Positions 17,922 to 27,018 of a stretch of DNA of 64,000 nt are shown piece after piece. Both the position numbers and the translations under genes were made by a program. The stretch lies in the NCBI GenBank assembly GCA_963817465.1, contig CAWFOP010000021.1, positions 91,429 through 155,428 of the forward strand, written 5' to 3'. This DNA comes from an uncultured Acidobacteriota bacterium. Lineage in GTDB: Bacteria > Acidobacteriota > Terriglobia > Bryobacterales > UBA6623. Each line of letters begins with the position of its first letter. Position 1 is the stretch's first letter. The notes beneath the pieces were generated by a model. The model did not search any database and was not told where the DNA came from. It saw only the letters and a list, made by a program, of their open reading frames with translations.

Positions 17922-18935
17922 GTGACAAACGACGCGCGGCCCAGCCTCTCTGTGGTCCTGAATACGGATCGCCCGATCGAGGCCCTTCGCAGGACGCTTG
18001 AGCATTTGAAGCGGCAGACGATCGCCCGGGAACTCGAGGTTGTGATCGTCTGCCCGCCGCAAACGCAACGGCGTTGGCTGTCCGAATTGACGAGCGCCTT
18101 CGATAGCGTGAGACTCGTGGAAACCGCGGGGCGCGTCTCGGTCGGGACCGCCAACGCCATGGGCGCCCGGACGGCCGCGGCGGAAGTGGTCGTCTTTGGC
18201 GAGGATCACTGTTTTCCGGAGCCGGAATGGGCGGCGGCTCTGGTCGCGGCGCATCGCGGCCCTTGGGCGGCGGTCGGTCCGGAGTTCGAGAACGCCAATC
18301 CCGACACCGCGGTCAGTTGGTGCGACTACTGGATCGGCTACGCGCCCTGGATGGCCCCGCAGCAGTCCGGCGAAGTCGAGCTGTTGCCGGGTCACAACAG
18401 CAGCTACAAAAAGACCGTGCTGCTGGATTGCGGCGAGGCCCTGCCCGAGTACTTGCAGGCCGAGACGGTGCTGTTTTACGACCTGGTCGCCAAGGGCCTC
18501 AAGCTGTACGTCGAGTCGCGTGCGCGCACCGCACATGTGAACTTCTCCTTGTTTAAGCCGTGGTCGAGGGCGCAGTTTTTGCATGGACGCATGTTCGGGG
18601 CGGAGAGATCGAAGCCCTGGGGATTGTTCCGGCGGGCGATCTACGGCGGCGGCGGCTTGTTGATTCCCTTGGTGCGGCTGGCGCGTATCTCGGCGCGATA
18701 TTTTTCCGCGCCGCGCCCGACCGGAAGATATTTGCGTTACTTGCCTTGCCTGCTTTACGGCCTCTACCTGGACGCTTTCGGACAGATGACCGGCTACTTG
18801 TTCGGCGCGGGCCGGACGGCTGAGCGCCTGGCGGGCATCGAGCGAAATCGCGCCGACAATGTGACGGAGAACGATCGTCGCATGCTGTTTCCGTCCGAGA
18901 CGGCCGCGGCGGCCGTTTCGGGAGGGAGCGATTGA
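17922..18935 (+). CDS. Glycosyltransferase family 2-like protein
   Basis: PSLSVVLNT...LEHLKRQT...VVVFGEDHCFPEPEW resembles a GT-A fold. GTG at 17922 lies behind GGAGAGAGGAG. Confidence 0.55.
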   Translation: MTNDARPSLSVVLNTDRPIEALRRTLEHLKRQTIARELEVVIVCPPQTQRRWLSELTSAFDSVRLVETAGRVSVGTANAMGARTAAAEVVVFGEDHCFPEPEWAAALVAAHRGPWAAVGPEFENANPDTAVSWCDYWIGYAPWMAPQQSGEVELLPGHNSSYKKTVLLDCGEALPEYLQAETVLFYDLVAKGLKLYVESRARTAHVNFSLFKPWSRAQFLHGRMFGAERSKPWGLFRRAIYGGGGLLIPLVRLARISARYFSAPRPTGRYLRYLPCLLYGLYLDAFGQMTGYLFGAGRTAERLAGIERNRADNVTENDRRMLFPSETAAAAVSGGSD

Positions 18936-19843
18936 CGGCGGCGCCCGAGTACGAGTTCTCCGTCATCATCCCGACCCACGGTCGGCCGCTGCAGTTGAGC
19001 CAGGCTCTCGCGGCAGTGACGCGCACGACATTGGCGCCCGACAGTTATGAGGTCGTCGTCGTCGCCGACGGCTGCGGGCAAGCTTTGGACGAGGCTCTCG
19101 CCGTCGTGCCGCCCGAGGTTCAGGTTGCATTGGTGGAGCAGGACCGCGACGGTCCGGGCGGCGCCCGCAACACCGGCGCGGCGCGGGCTCGAGGCCGCTA
19201 TCTGGCCTTCACCGACGACGATTGCCTGCCTAGTCCCGAGTGGTTGGAGACGCTGAGGCGGGCCCTGGCGGCGGCGCCCGGCGCGCTGGTCGGCGGTCTG
19301 ACGGTGAACGCTCTTAATGACAACGCCTATTCGGCGGCGAGCCAGTTGATCCATCAGATCGTCTACGACCACTACAACCGCGACCACGAACGCGCGACGT
19401 TCTTGGCGTCGAACAATCTGGCCGTTTGCGCCGAGCGATTCCGGGAGATCGGCGGCTTCGATCGCTCGTTTCGCATTGCGTCGGAGGATCGGGATTTTTG
19501 CGACCGTTGGCGGCTGCGGGGCTGGCCCATGCGATATGAGCCGCGAGCGCTGGTGCGGCATGCGCACGAGCTATCGCTGGCGCGATTCTGCCGTCAGCAT
19601 TTCCGCTATGGCCGCGGGGCCGCCGCCTATCACGAGGCCAGAGCCGCGCGCGGCAGCGGCCGCATTTCGGACGAGTTCTCGTTCCACGCGAACTTTCGGA
19701 ATTGGGCGCTGCGCCCTCTGAGCGAAGGCGGCCTCGCGCGTCGCCTCGAGGTGGCCGCGTTGCTGCTGGCCTGGCAAGGCTGCAACGCTTCGGGATATCT
19801 GTTTGAGCGCCTCAGGCGGACGGTCGGACGCCCAGCGTCTTGA
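18932..19843 (+). CDS. Glycosyltransferase family 2
   Basis: FSVIIPTHGRP, GPGGARNTG and LAFTDDDCLPSPEWL (DxD) motifs. The TTG start overlaps the upstream TGA (TTGA). Confidence 0.8.
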   Translation: MTAAPEYEFSVIIPTHGRPLQLSQALAAVTRTTLAPDSYEVVVVADGCGQALDEALAVVPPEVQVALVEQDRDGPGGARNTGAARARGRYLAFTDDDCLPSPEWLETLRRALAAAPGALVGGLTVNALNDNAYSAASQLIHQIVYDHYNRDHERATFLASNNLAVCAERFREIGGFDRSFRIASEDRDFCDRWRLRGWPMRYEPRALVRHAHELSLARFCRQHFRYGRGAAAYHEARAARGSGRISDEFSFHANFRNWALRPLSEGGLARRLEVAALLLAWQGCNASGYLFERLRRTVGRPAS

Positions 19844-19975
19844 GCCGGCCCGCCTGGGACGTTCTCGTCGTTGTCCACCCGGGATTCGCCCTCGCGGCTC
19901 GCTCATGGAACGCCAAAAAAGGAAGCGCATCGACGCAGCGGCCGGTAGAATGACTGCAACTGTTGGGAGGTGTTG

Positions 19976-20986
19976 ATGTCCGATAGCAATTCTCGCCGCG
20001 ACTTCTTCCACTGGATGTTCGGCGGCGCGGCGGCCGCCGCCCTGGCGCAGCAGGCGATCGCGCAACAAGCGAGCTCCGGCGGTTTGCCGACGCGTAAGCT
20101 CGGCAGAACCAACGAGCAGGTTTCCATCCTTGCTCTCGGCGGCTGGCACATCGGAGCCGTCGAGAACAAGGCTGAGGCGGTGCGCATCATGCACGCCGCC
20201 ATCGACCAAGGGCTTACATTCTTCGACAACGCCTGGGACTATCACGACGGCGGGTCCGAGGAAATCATGGGACGCGCCCTTGCGCAAGACGGCAAGCGCG
20301 ACAAAGTCTTCTTGATGTCCAAGAACTGCGAGCGCGATTACGCCGGCTCGATGAAATGCCTCGACCAAAGCCTCAAGCGCCTCAAGACGGACCACCTCGA
20401 CCTGTGGCAATTCCACGAGATGGTCTATGACAACGATCCCGATTGGGTGTTCGACAAGGGCGGCATCAAGGCCGCGCTCGAGGCGCAAAAGGCGGGCAAG
20501 GTGCGCTACATCGGATTCACGGGACACAAGGATCCGCGCATCCACAAAAAGATGCTCGACAAGCCCTATGACTGGGCGACGGCGCAGATGCCGATCAACA
20601 TCATGGACGCGCACTACCGCAGCTTCCAGAAGGAAGTCGTGCCGGTCTGCCTGAGCAAGAACGTCGGCGTCATCGGCATGAAATCCCTGGGCGGCGGCAG
20701 CCCCAAGGGCAAGATCCCGACCGACACGCCGATCACCCACGAGCAGTGCCGCCGCTTCGCCTTGAGCTTGCCCGTCTCGACGCTGTGCGTCGGCGTCATG
20801 ACGATGGACGAGCTGAAGGCCGAGATCGCGATCGCGCGCAACTTCAGGCCGATGCCGGACTCAGACAAGGAGAAGCTGCTTTCGATGGCCGCTCCCATGG
20901 CCGGAGACGGCCGCCACGAGCTGTTCAAATCGACGCAGGTTTTCGACGGACCCCACCACCGCCAACAACATGACTTCAGCATCTGA
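19976..20986 (+). CDS. Aldo/keto reductase with Tat-type signal
   Basis: SRRDFFHWMFGGAAAAALA signal, DNAWDYHDGGSEEIMGRAL and GFTGH motifs. ATG at 19976 is 5 nt after GGAGG. Confidence 0.8.
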   Translation: MSDSNSRRDFFHWMFGGAAAAALAQQAIAQQASSGGLPTRKLGRTNEQVSILALGGWHIGAVENKAEAVRIMHAAIDQGLTFFDNAWDYHDGGSEEIMGRALAQDGKRDKVFLMSKNCERDYAGSMKCLDQSLKRLKTDHLDLWQFHEMVYDNDPDWVFDKGGIKAALEAQKAGKVRYIGFTGHKDPRIHKKMLDKPYDWATAQMPINIMDAHYRSFQKEVVPVCLSKNVGVIGMKSLGGGSPKGKIPTDTPITHEQCRRFALSLPVSTLCVGVMTMDELKAEIAIARNFRPMPDSDKEKLLSMAAPMAGDGRHELFKSTQVFDGPHHRQQHDFSI

Positions 20987-21467
20987 CCGCTCGGCGTCGC
21001 TCGAGCAAGTCCGCGACGCCTTGGTCGCCTGGGAGTCGATCTTGGATCACGCCGCGGTCGCTTTACCGGCTCTGAACGACGAGGCGGCGTCCGCTCCGCT
21101 CAAGGGCAGCGGCTGGACGTCCAAGCAGGCCCTCGGACACTTGATCGACTCGGCGATGGTGAATGCCCAGCGATTCGTTCGCTCGCAGACCGGGCGCGGC
21201 TGCGGGCTCGACTACGATCCGGATCGGTGGGTCGAGTTGCAGGGCTATCAGAGCCGCGGTTGGGCGGCGCTGGTCGAGTTGTGGCTCGCGCTCAATCGCC
21301 ATGCTCTGGCGACGGCGCGGGCGATCCCCGCAGCCGAGCTCGAAAAGCCTTGCCAGGACGGTGCGACTCTGGGTTGGGTCGTCGCCGACTACTCGCGCCA
21401 CCTGGCGCATCACCTCAACCAAATCGACCAAGGCGAGATGACCGGTCGCAAATACGAGCCTTTCTAG
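20970..21467 (+). CDS. DinB-family protein
   Basis: 165-aa four-helix-bundle-type sequence with His-rich motifs (GHLIDSA, HLAHHLNQI). Confidence 0.6.
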   Translation: MTSASDRSASLEQVRDALVAWESILDHAAVALPALNDEAASAPLKGSGWTSKQALGHLIDSAMVNAQRFVRSQTGRGCGLDYDPDRWVELQGYQSRGWAALVELWLALNRHALATARAIPAAELEKPCQDGATLGWVVADYSRHLAHHLNQIDQGEMTGRKYEPF

Positions 21468-22468
21468 TCGAACGCACAGCGAAACGCATTCATCCGGATC
21501 GTCTCTAGATCATTCTCGCTAAGTCCTTGTCTCGCAGCGAGTTCAAATTCATTGTTCAACGATGTCTTGAAGAAGGCCGGGTCGTCCGTATTCAGCGTGA
21601 CCACGACGCCCGCGCGCTGCAGCCGGGCGAGCGGATGGTCCTCCTCGCTCGCGTAGACGCCCGTTCGGATGTTGCCCGTCGGGCAAACCTCGAGCGGAAT
21701 GCGATGCTCGGCCAGGTACTCGACCAGCGCCGGGTCTTCGACGGCGCGAACGCCGTGGCCGATGCGCTCGGCGCCGAGCAGCTTCACGGCGTCCCAAACG
21801 CTTTCAGGCCCCAGGGCCTCTCCCGCGTGGACGCTCAGCCGCAGGCCGGCGTCCTTGGCGCGGCGGTAGACGCCGGCGAAAGGCGCGGGCGGAAACTGGT
21901 GCTCCGCCCCGCCGAGCGTGATGCCGACCCAGCTTTTCGGCCGAATCGCCAAGAGCTTGTCGAGCAGATCGGCGGCGGCTTGGGGGCCGAGGTTGCGGAC
22001 CAGGTCGACGATCCAGCGGATGCGCGGTCCGGGCGCGGCCGCCGCCTCGTCCATCAGCTCGCACAGCGCCTCGTGCGTCATAGCGGCGTGCGGCAGGTGC
22101 TCGGCGGGTGAGAGAGTGATCTCGGCGTACTCGATGTTCTGCTCCGCGAGCCGCGCGCGGACGGCCGCGGCCAGCCGGCGCAGGTCATCGGGATCACGCA
22201 GGAAAAACGTCGACAGAAAGTAGGAGGCCAGGAAGCCCTCGAAGGTGCGAAAGCGGTACAGGTCGGCGGCCCGGCCCCGGCCGGCGAGCACGTCAGCGAG
22301 GTGCGCGTGTTTCGCGAAAAATTCGCGGTGCCGCGGCAGCGCGTCGCTCAACGCCGTCTCGATGCCGTACTTGTCGATGAGACCGTCGAGAAACTCGGGC
22401 TGCATCGCCCCGACCAGGTGGACGTGCAGCTCGGCTTTGGGCGCCTCGAGATACCGCTCGGCCACCAA
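21464..22468 (-). CDS. add: Adenosine deaminase family protein
   Basis: ELHVHLVG, SVHAGE and TLNTDDPAFF metal and catalytic motifs. Confidence 0.8.
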   Translation of the reverse strand: MVAERYLEAPKAELHVHLVGAMQPEFLDGLIDKYGIETALSDALPRHREFFAKHAHLADVLAGRGRAADLYRFRTFEGFLASYFLSTFFLRDPDDLRRLAAAVRARLAEQNIEYAEITLSPAEHLPHAAMTHEALCELMDEAAAAPGPRIRWIVDLVRNLGPQAAADLLDKLLAIRPKSWVGITLGGAEHQFPPAPFAGVYRRAKDAGLRLSVHAGEALGPESVWDAVKLLGAERIGHGVRAVEDPALVEYLAEHRIPLEVCPTGNIRTGVYASEEDHPLARLQRAGVVVTLNTDDPAFFKTSLNNEFELAARQGLSENDLETIRMNAFRCAFD

Positions 22469-22496
22469 TCGAGCCTAGCACCCGAAGCCGAGCCGC

Positions 22497-23813
22497 TTGC
22501 CAGCTAAACTGACGAAGGTGCGCCGGTTTTCAGCGTTTCGCGAGCTGAAGCTTCGCTGCTCGATCATTTTGCTTGTTTGCGCGCTGCCGCTCGCCGCGCA
22601 GGCGCCCCTGGACGGCGTGTGGGCCAACGGCGAGTTGACTCTGCGGCTCGCGGGCGACGGTGCGCAATACTCCGGCACGATCGAGTTCCAGCAGCAGACG
22701 TTCCCGACCAAGGCCGTCTTTGACGGCCTGTCTCTCGACGGTTCGTTCGTGAGCCAGGGCGACGAGTTCTTCTATCAAGGGCGCCTCGAAGACGGCGTCA
22801 TGGTATTCGAGACCGGCGGAACCGCATATCGCCTGGCGCGAGAGTCGGATAAACCGAAGTCCGCCAATCCGCTGGCGAAGAAAGACCCGGCGCCCAATGC
22901 GCCGGAGCCGGCGGCCGATACGCCCCTGCAAACCGGCGCCGGGCCGTACAAGGTGGACTTGCCCGAAGGCTGGACGGCGCAGCCGGACCCCGAGGCCGGC
23001 GTAGCCCTGATTCCGCCCGACGCGGCGCCGGACAACCAGGAGGTCTACGCCATCACGCACCTGCCTGGCATGACGGGGCCGGAAGATCCTCGCGCCGCGG
23101 CGATGTTGCAGAACATGCTGGGGGCGGCGGCCATGGCGGCGACCTACCGCATCGAGGAGCTGAAGGCGGCCGGCCGCACCGTGATTCTGCACGCCTTCGA
23201 TTTGCCCGCCGCCGATCGCCGTCTGTATGCGTATCTGAGCTCATCGAACGGACAGACGCTGGCGGTGATGGCGAGCGGGGTGAACAAGCTCGTCAAGAAA
23301 AGGGAGGAAGAGATTCTACAGATCGCCGGGACCGCGGAGTTCGTCGGACAGGCGGCGCCGCCGGCCGCGGCGCGGCAGCCGGTCGCGCAACCCGGAAACA
23401 TTCAGATCCACCCCGACGCGCCGCCCATCGTGCCGGGTGAGTTGGCCGACGGCAAGCCGCAGTCGTTGCAGTGGCTCGCCCGCCTGAACGGTAAGCTGCT
23501 GACCAAGATGGAGAGCTACTCGAGCGGCGCCTCAGGCGGCTATTCATCCAGGGATCAAACGGTGCTGTTCCCCAACGGCCGGTTTCAAAACTACACGTCG
23601 TCCAACGTATCGGCCGACGTGCCTGGCGCCAACGCGAACAGCGGAGGACAAGCGACGCTGACCGGCACGTGGCGCATCGTCACGGCCAACGGACTCACCT
23701 TCCTGGCCGTCGTTCCGGACGGCGCGCGCCAGGAGTCTTACTTGCAGCTCAGTGTGCGGAACAATCAAACGTTCATCGACGGCAAGCGCGTGCTGGTGAC
23801 CGTGCCGCAATAG
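22497..23813 (+). CDS. Hypothetical secreted protein
   Basis: Hydrophobic signal CSIILLVCALPLAAQAP. No recognisable domain. Start uncertain (TTG 22497 or GTG 22518). Confidence 0.45.
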   Translation: MPAKLTKVRRFSAFRELKLRCSIILLVCALPLAAQAPLDGVWANGELTLRLAGDGAQYSGTIEFQQQTFPTKAVFDGLSLDGSFVSQGDEFFYQGRLEDGVMVFETGGTAYRLARESDKPKSANPLAKKDPAPNAPEPAADTPLQTGAGPYKVDLPEGWTAQPDPEAGVALIPPDAAPDNQEVYAITHLPGMTGPEDPRAAAMLQNMLGAAAMAATYRIEELKAAGRTVILHAFDLPAADRRLYAYLSSSNGQTLAVMASGVNKLVKKREEEILQIAGTAEFVGQAAPPAAARQPVAQPGNIQIHPDAPPIVPGELADGKPQSLQWLARLNGKLLTKMESYSSGASGGYSSRDQTVLFPNGRFQNYTSSNVSADVPGANANSGGQATLTGTWRIVTANGLTFLAVVPDGARQESYLQLSVRNNQTFIDGKRVLVTVPQ

Positions 23814-23819
23814 CGGCGC

Positions 23820-24347
23820 TCAGCTCGGCAACACTTCAAACTCGAAGGTCATCACCTTGCCGCGGATGACGAAGCACAAGTAGTGCTCCCAAAACTTGCG
23901 AAAGCCCCGCGAATGATTCACGAGAAACTCGAAGCCGAGCAGCCGCCACAGCCGCAATAGCTTCACGTAGAGAGAGCGCTCGCGCAGACGCCTCCGGCTG
24001 TAGTAGCTGAAGCCGCCGTCTTGGGTGAAGTAGCGGAACGAGTAGGTGTTCAAATGCCAGCGGTGCGTGGGGTCGCAGAACGAGCTGAAGTCGGTGTAAT
24101 GCGGCGTCTCGATGCGGATGAGGGCGCCCGGGCGGCAGACGCGGTGAGCTTCTTCGACGGTCGTGATGACGTTGTCGACGTGCTCGATCACGTGGATCAG
24201 AGAAACTTCATCGAACACCCGGTCGCGGAACGGCAGCGCGCCTTTGTTGATGTCGGCCAGCACGTCGGCGGCGGAGTCGGCGTTGAAGTCGACGCCGATC
24301 GCGCCGGGGCGCTTGTTGATGCCGCATCCGAGATCGAGGATTCGCAA
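23820..24347 (-). CDS. Class I SAM-dependent methyltransferase
   Basis: MRILDLGCGINKRPG (motif I) and FDEVSLIHVIEHV. Confidence 0.75.
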   Translation of the reverse strand: MRILDLGCGINKRPGAIGVDFNADSAADVLADINKGALPFRDRVFDEVSLIHVIEHVDNVITTVEEAHRVCRPGALIRIETPHYTDFSSFCDPTHRWHLNTYSFRYFTQDGGFSYYSRRRLRERSLYVKLLRLWRLLGFEFLVNHSRGFRKFWEHYLCFVIRGKVMTFEFEVLPS

Positions 24348-24570
24348 ACCAGAAAGCGTAGCACCTGAAGCCGCCGGCGCTCCGTGTCAGGCGCCAGGAG
24401 TCGGATCAGACCCAAGCGCCGGGAACAGCTTGCCGCACGCAAGCCCTTGATACGCCGGGGCTTGGTGCGGCGGAACCTGTCGGCATCGCTGCCATGAATC
24501 GCCGATTCGGCCGCACGATCGCCAACAACCCGCCAAAAACCCGCCAAAAAGCTGACGTGAAATAGCCGGG

Positions 24571-24628
24571 AAATGGTGAAAAGGGGTGAAAAGGGTGAAA
24601 AGGGGACAATGAAAAGGTGGTGAAAAGG
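24571..24628. repeat. Short tandem purine-rich repeats (GGTGAAAAGG-like, about 5 units) abutting repeat A
   Basis: aatggtgaaaaggggtgaaaagggtgaaaaggggacaatgaaaaggtggtgaaaagggg. The 12-mer AAAAGGGGACAA occurs twice (24598-24609 and 24623-24634). Confidence 0.7.
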
Positions 24629-24821
24629 GGACAACGCCCATTTTGGAGTTCGACTAGCTGGCCCAACGCGCCGGAAGTCTTGTCGCGTACCAGGTCGAGG
24701 TACGTTCGGCTCGGATCGTTCGACGAAGCGGCGGGGCGCTCCTGAGGCGTGTTCCGTCTATGAAGCCTCATGGAATCAGTTGGTTAGCCGAGTTCCTCGC
24801 CCGGAAATAGGCGTTGTCCCC
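24627..24821. repeat. Family-2 element, copy A (~195 bp, 17-bp perfect terminal inverted repeat)
   Basis: GAAAAGGGGACAACGCC (24622-24638) is the exact reverse complement of GGCGTTGTCCCCTTTTC (24810-24826). The core is near-identical to copy B. Confidence 0.8.
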
Positions 24822-24978
24822 TTTTCCCCCTCTCTCCCCCTCGCAAGTGAGCGCCAGCCTAAAATCGTTGCGTCGCCGAAGTGGGATCGGCTAATCTGCC
24901 AAGACGGAAATCCCGATTACGGTTGCGTTTCGCCTTGCGTCGTAATGGCCAAACTATTCGCTGTTGTGGAGAGAAGGG

Positions 24979-25836
24979 ATGGAGGAACGAAACACGCCTC
25001 GAGAGATGATTTCAGAAATCGCGAAACATGTGAGGACGACTCATCTCGCGATGTTGCTTGTATGCGCAGCCACGTATCTCACGCTCGCCACTCGATCGTC
25101 GTCAGACTTAACGATTGAAATCGAGACCGCATACCAGATTTCACAGGAATGGCGAGAGTTGATTGACCAATGGCGTCGCCATTCCCAAAAGTGGCTTCTT
25201 GATCACGACGAAAAGTATCCAGAGAATCTGCCCAGCGGCTCATTGTTCATCTCTCCTGACGACGCGGCGGACATAAATCGAGGCTCGTGGCTGCAGTTGC
25301 TGTATCCGGTCGTCACGACATGTGGACCTGCAAAGTACTTCGGGCAGGCAAGACTCCGGTTTCCGGACACCGAAAAACAACCTACCACCCTAGATGATAT
25401 GGCGCGGGCATGGGACAGCGTCAGCTCATGTTCATCACTAAGGATCACGGCGAAGATTCAGGACCTTAATATAGAAGATGTCGAAGGGCGAAGAGTCAGC
25501 GTCAGTTTGAGAACTTCTCCGGGAAAGGAACACGCACGCAATTTAGATTGGATGGAAACGGAAAAATGCTCAGACGAGCTACGCCAGTCCGCTTCTTACC
25601 GCGATTTCGCTAGTGGCCTCAACCGGCGTCCAGTCTGCGCCTTGGTTAACGGCTATATGATTTCCCTGACCGTTGACTCAGTGTCCCTAATAGCACCCGA
25701 TGATTTCGTGCACTGGTTGGCCGATCGGAAGAATCTAATGCTCCCCGCCACCGGAGATAAGACTTTCGATAACGTGTTTCCAAGACTGTCAGCATCGACC
25801 GTGCACAAACGAACTTCGCCTTGTCAGAATTGGTGA
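24979..25836 (+). CDS. Hypothetical membrane-anchored protein (low-GC orphan)
   Basis: N-terminal TM helix HLAMLLVCAATYLTLA. No recognisable motif and visibly lower GC than the surrounding genome. It is the only sizeable ORF inside the islet. Confidence 0.4.
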   Translation: MEERNTPREMISEIAKHVRTTHLAMLLVCAATYLTLATRSSSDLTIEIETAYQISQEWRELIDQWRRHSQKWLLDHDEKYPENLPSGSLFISPDDAADINRGSWLQLLYPVVTTCGPAKYFGQARLRFPDTEKQPTTLDDMARAWDSVSSCSSLRITAKIQDLNIEDVEGRRVSVSLRTSPGKEHARNLDWMETEKCSDELRQSASYRDFASGLNRRPVCALVNGYMISLTVDSVSLIAPDDFVHWLADRKNLMLPATGDKTFDNVFPRLSASTVHKRTSPCQNW

Positions 25837-26416
25837 ACCCGAAAATCGCGATCAGTTAAGTTCTTCCGACACACAATTTCTATAGCAAAGATGTGTTAGG
25901 GCTCGCGATAAACAAGACTACTCTGAATTTTGCCTTTACAGTTATCGTTTTGATCCAATAAGATTTACCTTTTGGTTCATCTGAGGGAAACTTGCGAGAT
26001 TTAGGTCTCAGATTCCGCAACAAGTAGATATTGCTTGGATGGGGCTATACCGTGACAAATGGGCTAGACGTTTAGCGGCACTCGGCTTATGGGTGCCAAC
26101 TCTGAGGAGCACGCCTGATTGATGGAGTCTTCTTACTTAGGAGTTCAGCCCCTGGCACCTCTTATTGGGCTTCTACGTGTTCTTTTCACTGGATGTTGAA
26201 AACGTGGCAGACGCTCAAGGCCGTCAATGGCGTGCAGCACTGACGAATGCACGATGGTCAGATGACGGCACCAAGAGCATGCGTTAACCGCAGAGGACGA
26301 GGCCGACTGACGATTAGACGTCACCAGCGATAACCAATCTTCAATTCTTCAAACCGATCAGACAACTGCTGCCCCGTCTATTCGGAATTCTGTAGAAAGG
26401 GTGAAACCCTTTCCTT

Positions 26417-26672
26417 GGTGGACAACGCCCATTTGCGTGGAGTTCGACTGGCTGCCGCCCAACGCAATGCCGGTGCAAGTACTTGTAACGTTGGGTACCA
26501 GGACTTTTTCGAGATAACGTTCGGACTGGCGAACAATGAATCTCGTTTCTGCAAGCCGTGAAGGGTCGGGGCGCCTGCCCTGAGGTCGTCTGGGTGGTAG
26601 GCCGCTTTGTGACGGCTCAAATTGGGTATTCAGTTGCAGTGTAGCCGATCTCACGACGCGCAAACCGGAAAG
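26417..26672. repeat. Family-2 element, diverged copy C (same orientation as A and B)
   Basis: Shares ordered blocks with A: gacaacgcccattt, ggagttcgact, cccaacgc, gtaccagg, acgttcgg, cggggcgc, cctgagg, tcagttg, tagccga, ccggaaa. Variable-length segments lie between the blocks. Confidence 0.6.
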
Positions 26673-26825
26673 GAAATGAGGGAAAGGTGACAAGGAAGGG
26701 AATTCAATTGTCTTGTTGGAAGTAGGCGCGCAGGCATCCGGAGCACATGCCGCCGCTGCGGTCCTCGTCGCGGCACAATTCCTGGCATTGATCGCAGGTG
26801 ACATATTCGCGGGGGAAAGGGGGAA

Positions 26826-27018
26826 GGACAACGCCCATTTTGGAGTTCGACTAGCTGGCCCAACGCGCCGGAAGTCTTGTCTCGTACCAGGTCGAGGTAC
26901 GTTCGGCTCGGATCGTTCGACGAAGCGGCGGGGCGCTCCTGAGGCGTGTTCCGTCTATGAAGCCTCACGGAATCAGTTGGTTAGCCAATCTCATCGCCCG
27001 GAAATAGGCGTTGTCCCC
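26826..27018. repeat. Family-2 element, copy B (direct repeat of copy A)
   Basis: By eye only 2 substitutions versus A from ggacaacgccc to cagttggttagcc, then a diverged ~12-nt patch, then the shared aaataggcgttgtcccc. The subterminal 15-mer TGTCCCCTTTTTCCC is duplicated (27012-27026 and 27042-27056). Confidence 0.8.

Noticed and set aside
24571-24628. Possible CRISPR-like array because of the repeated GGTGAAAAGG units.
   Set aside because: The period is only ~10-11 nt with no spacers, and there are no cas genes. It is a simple tandem repeat at the element end.
24627-24700. tmRNA-like 5' end (GGGGACAACGCC...GGAGTTCGAC resembles GGGG...GGATTCGAC).
   Set aside because: There is no tRNA-like 3' end (T-arm/ACCA), no tag reading frame and the element is multicopy. 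The resemblance is probably coincidental.
24627-24821. Retron msr/msd-like architecture (12-17-nt inverted repeats flanking ~170 nt, like the a1/a2 repeats).
   Set aside because: No reverse-transcriptase ORF (no YxDD-containing protein) lies within several kb on either strand. The downstream 290-aa ORF has no RT motifs. Three copies fit a repeat family better.
25840-26410. About 570 bp of lower-GC DNA with no ORF, inspected for an ncRNA, tRNA or retron-like structure.
   Set aside because: I could find only weak short inverted repeats (e.g. CTGAG...CTCAG). There is no tRNA cloverleaf and no conserved motif I recognise. It is most simply decayed foreign DNA.
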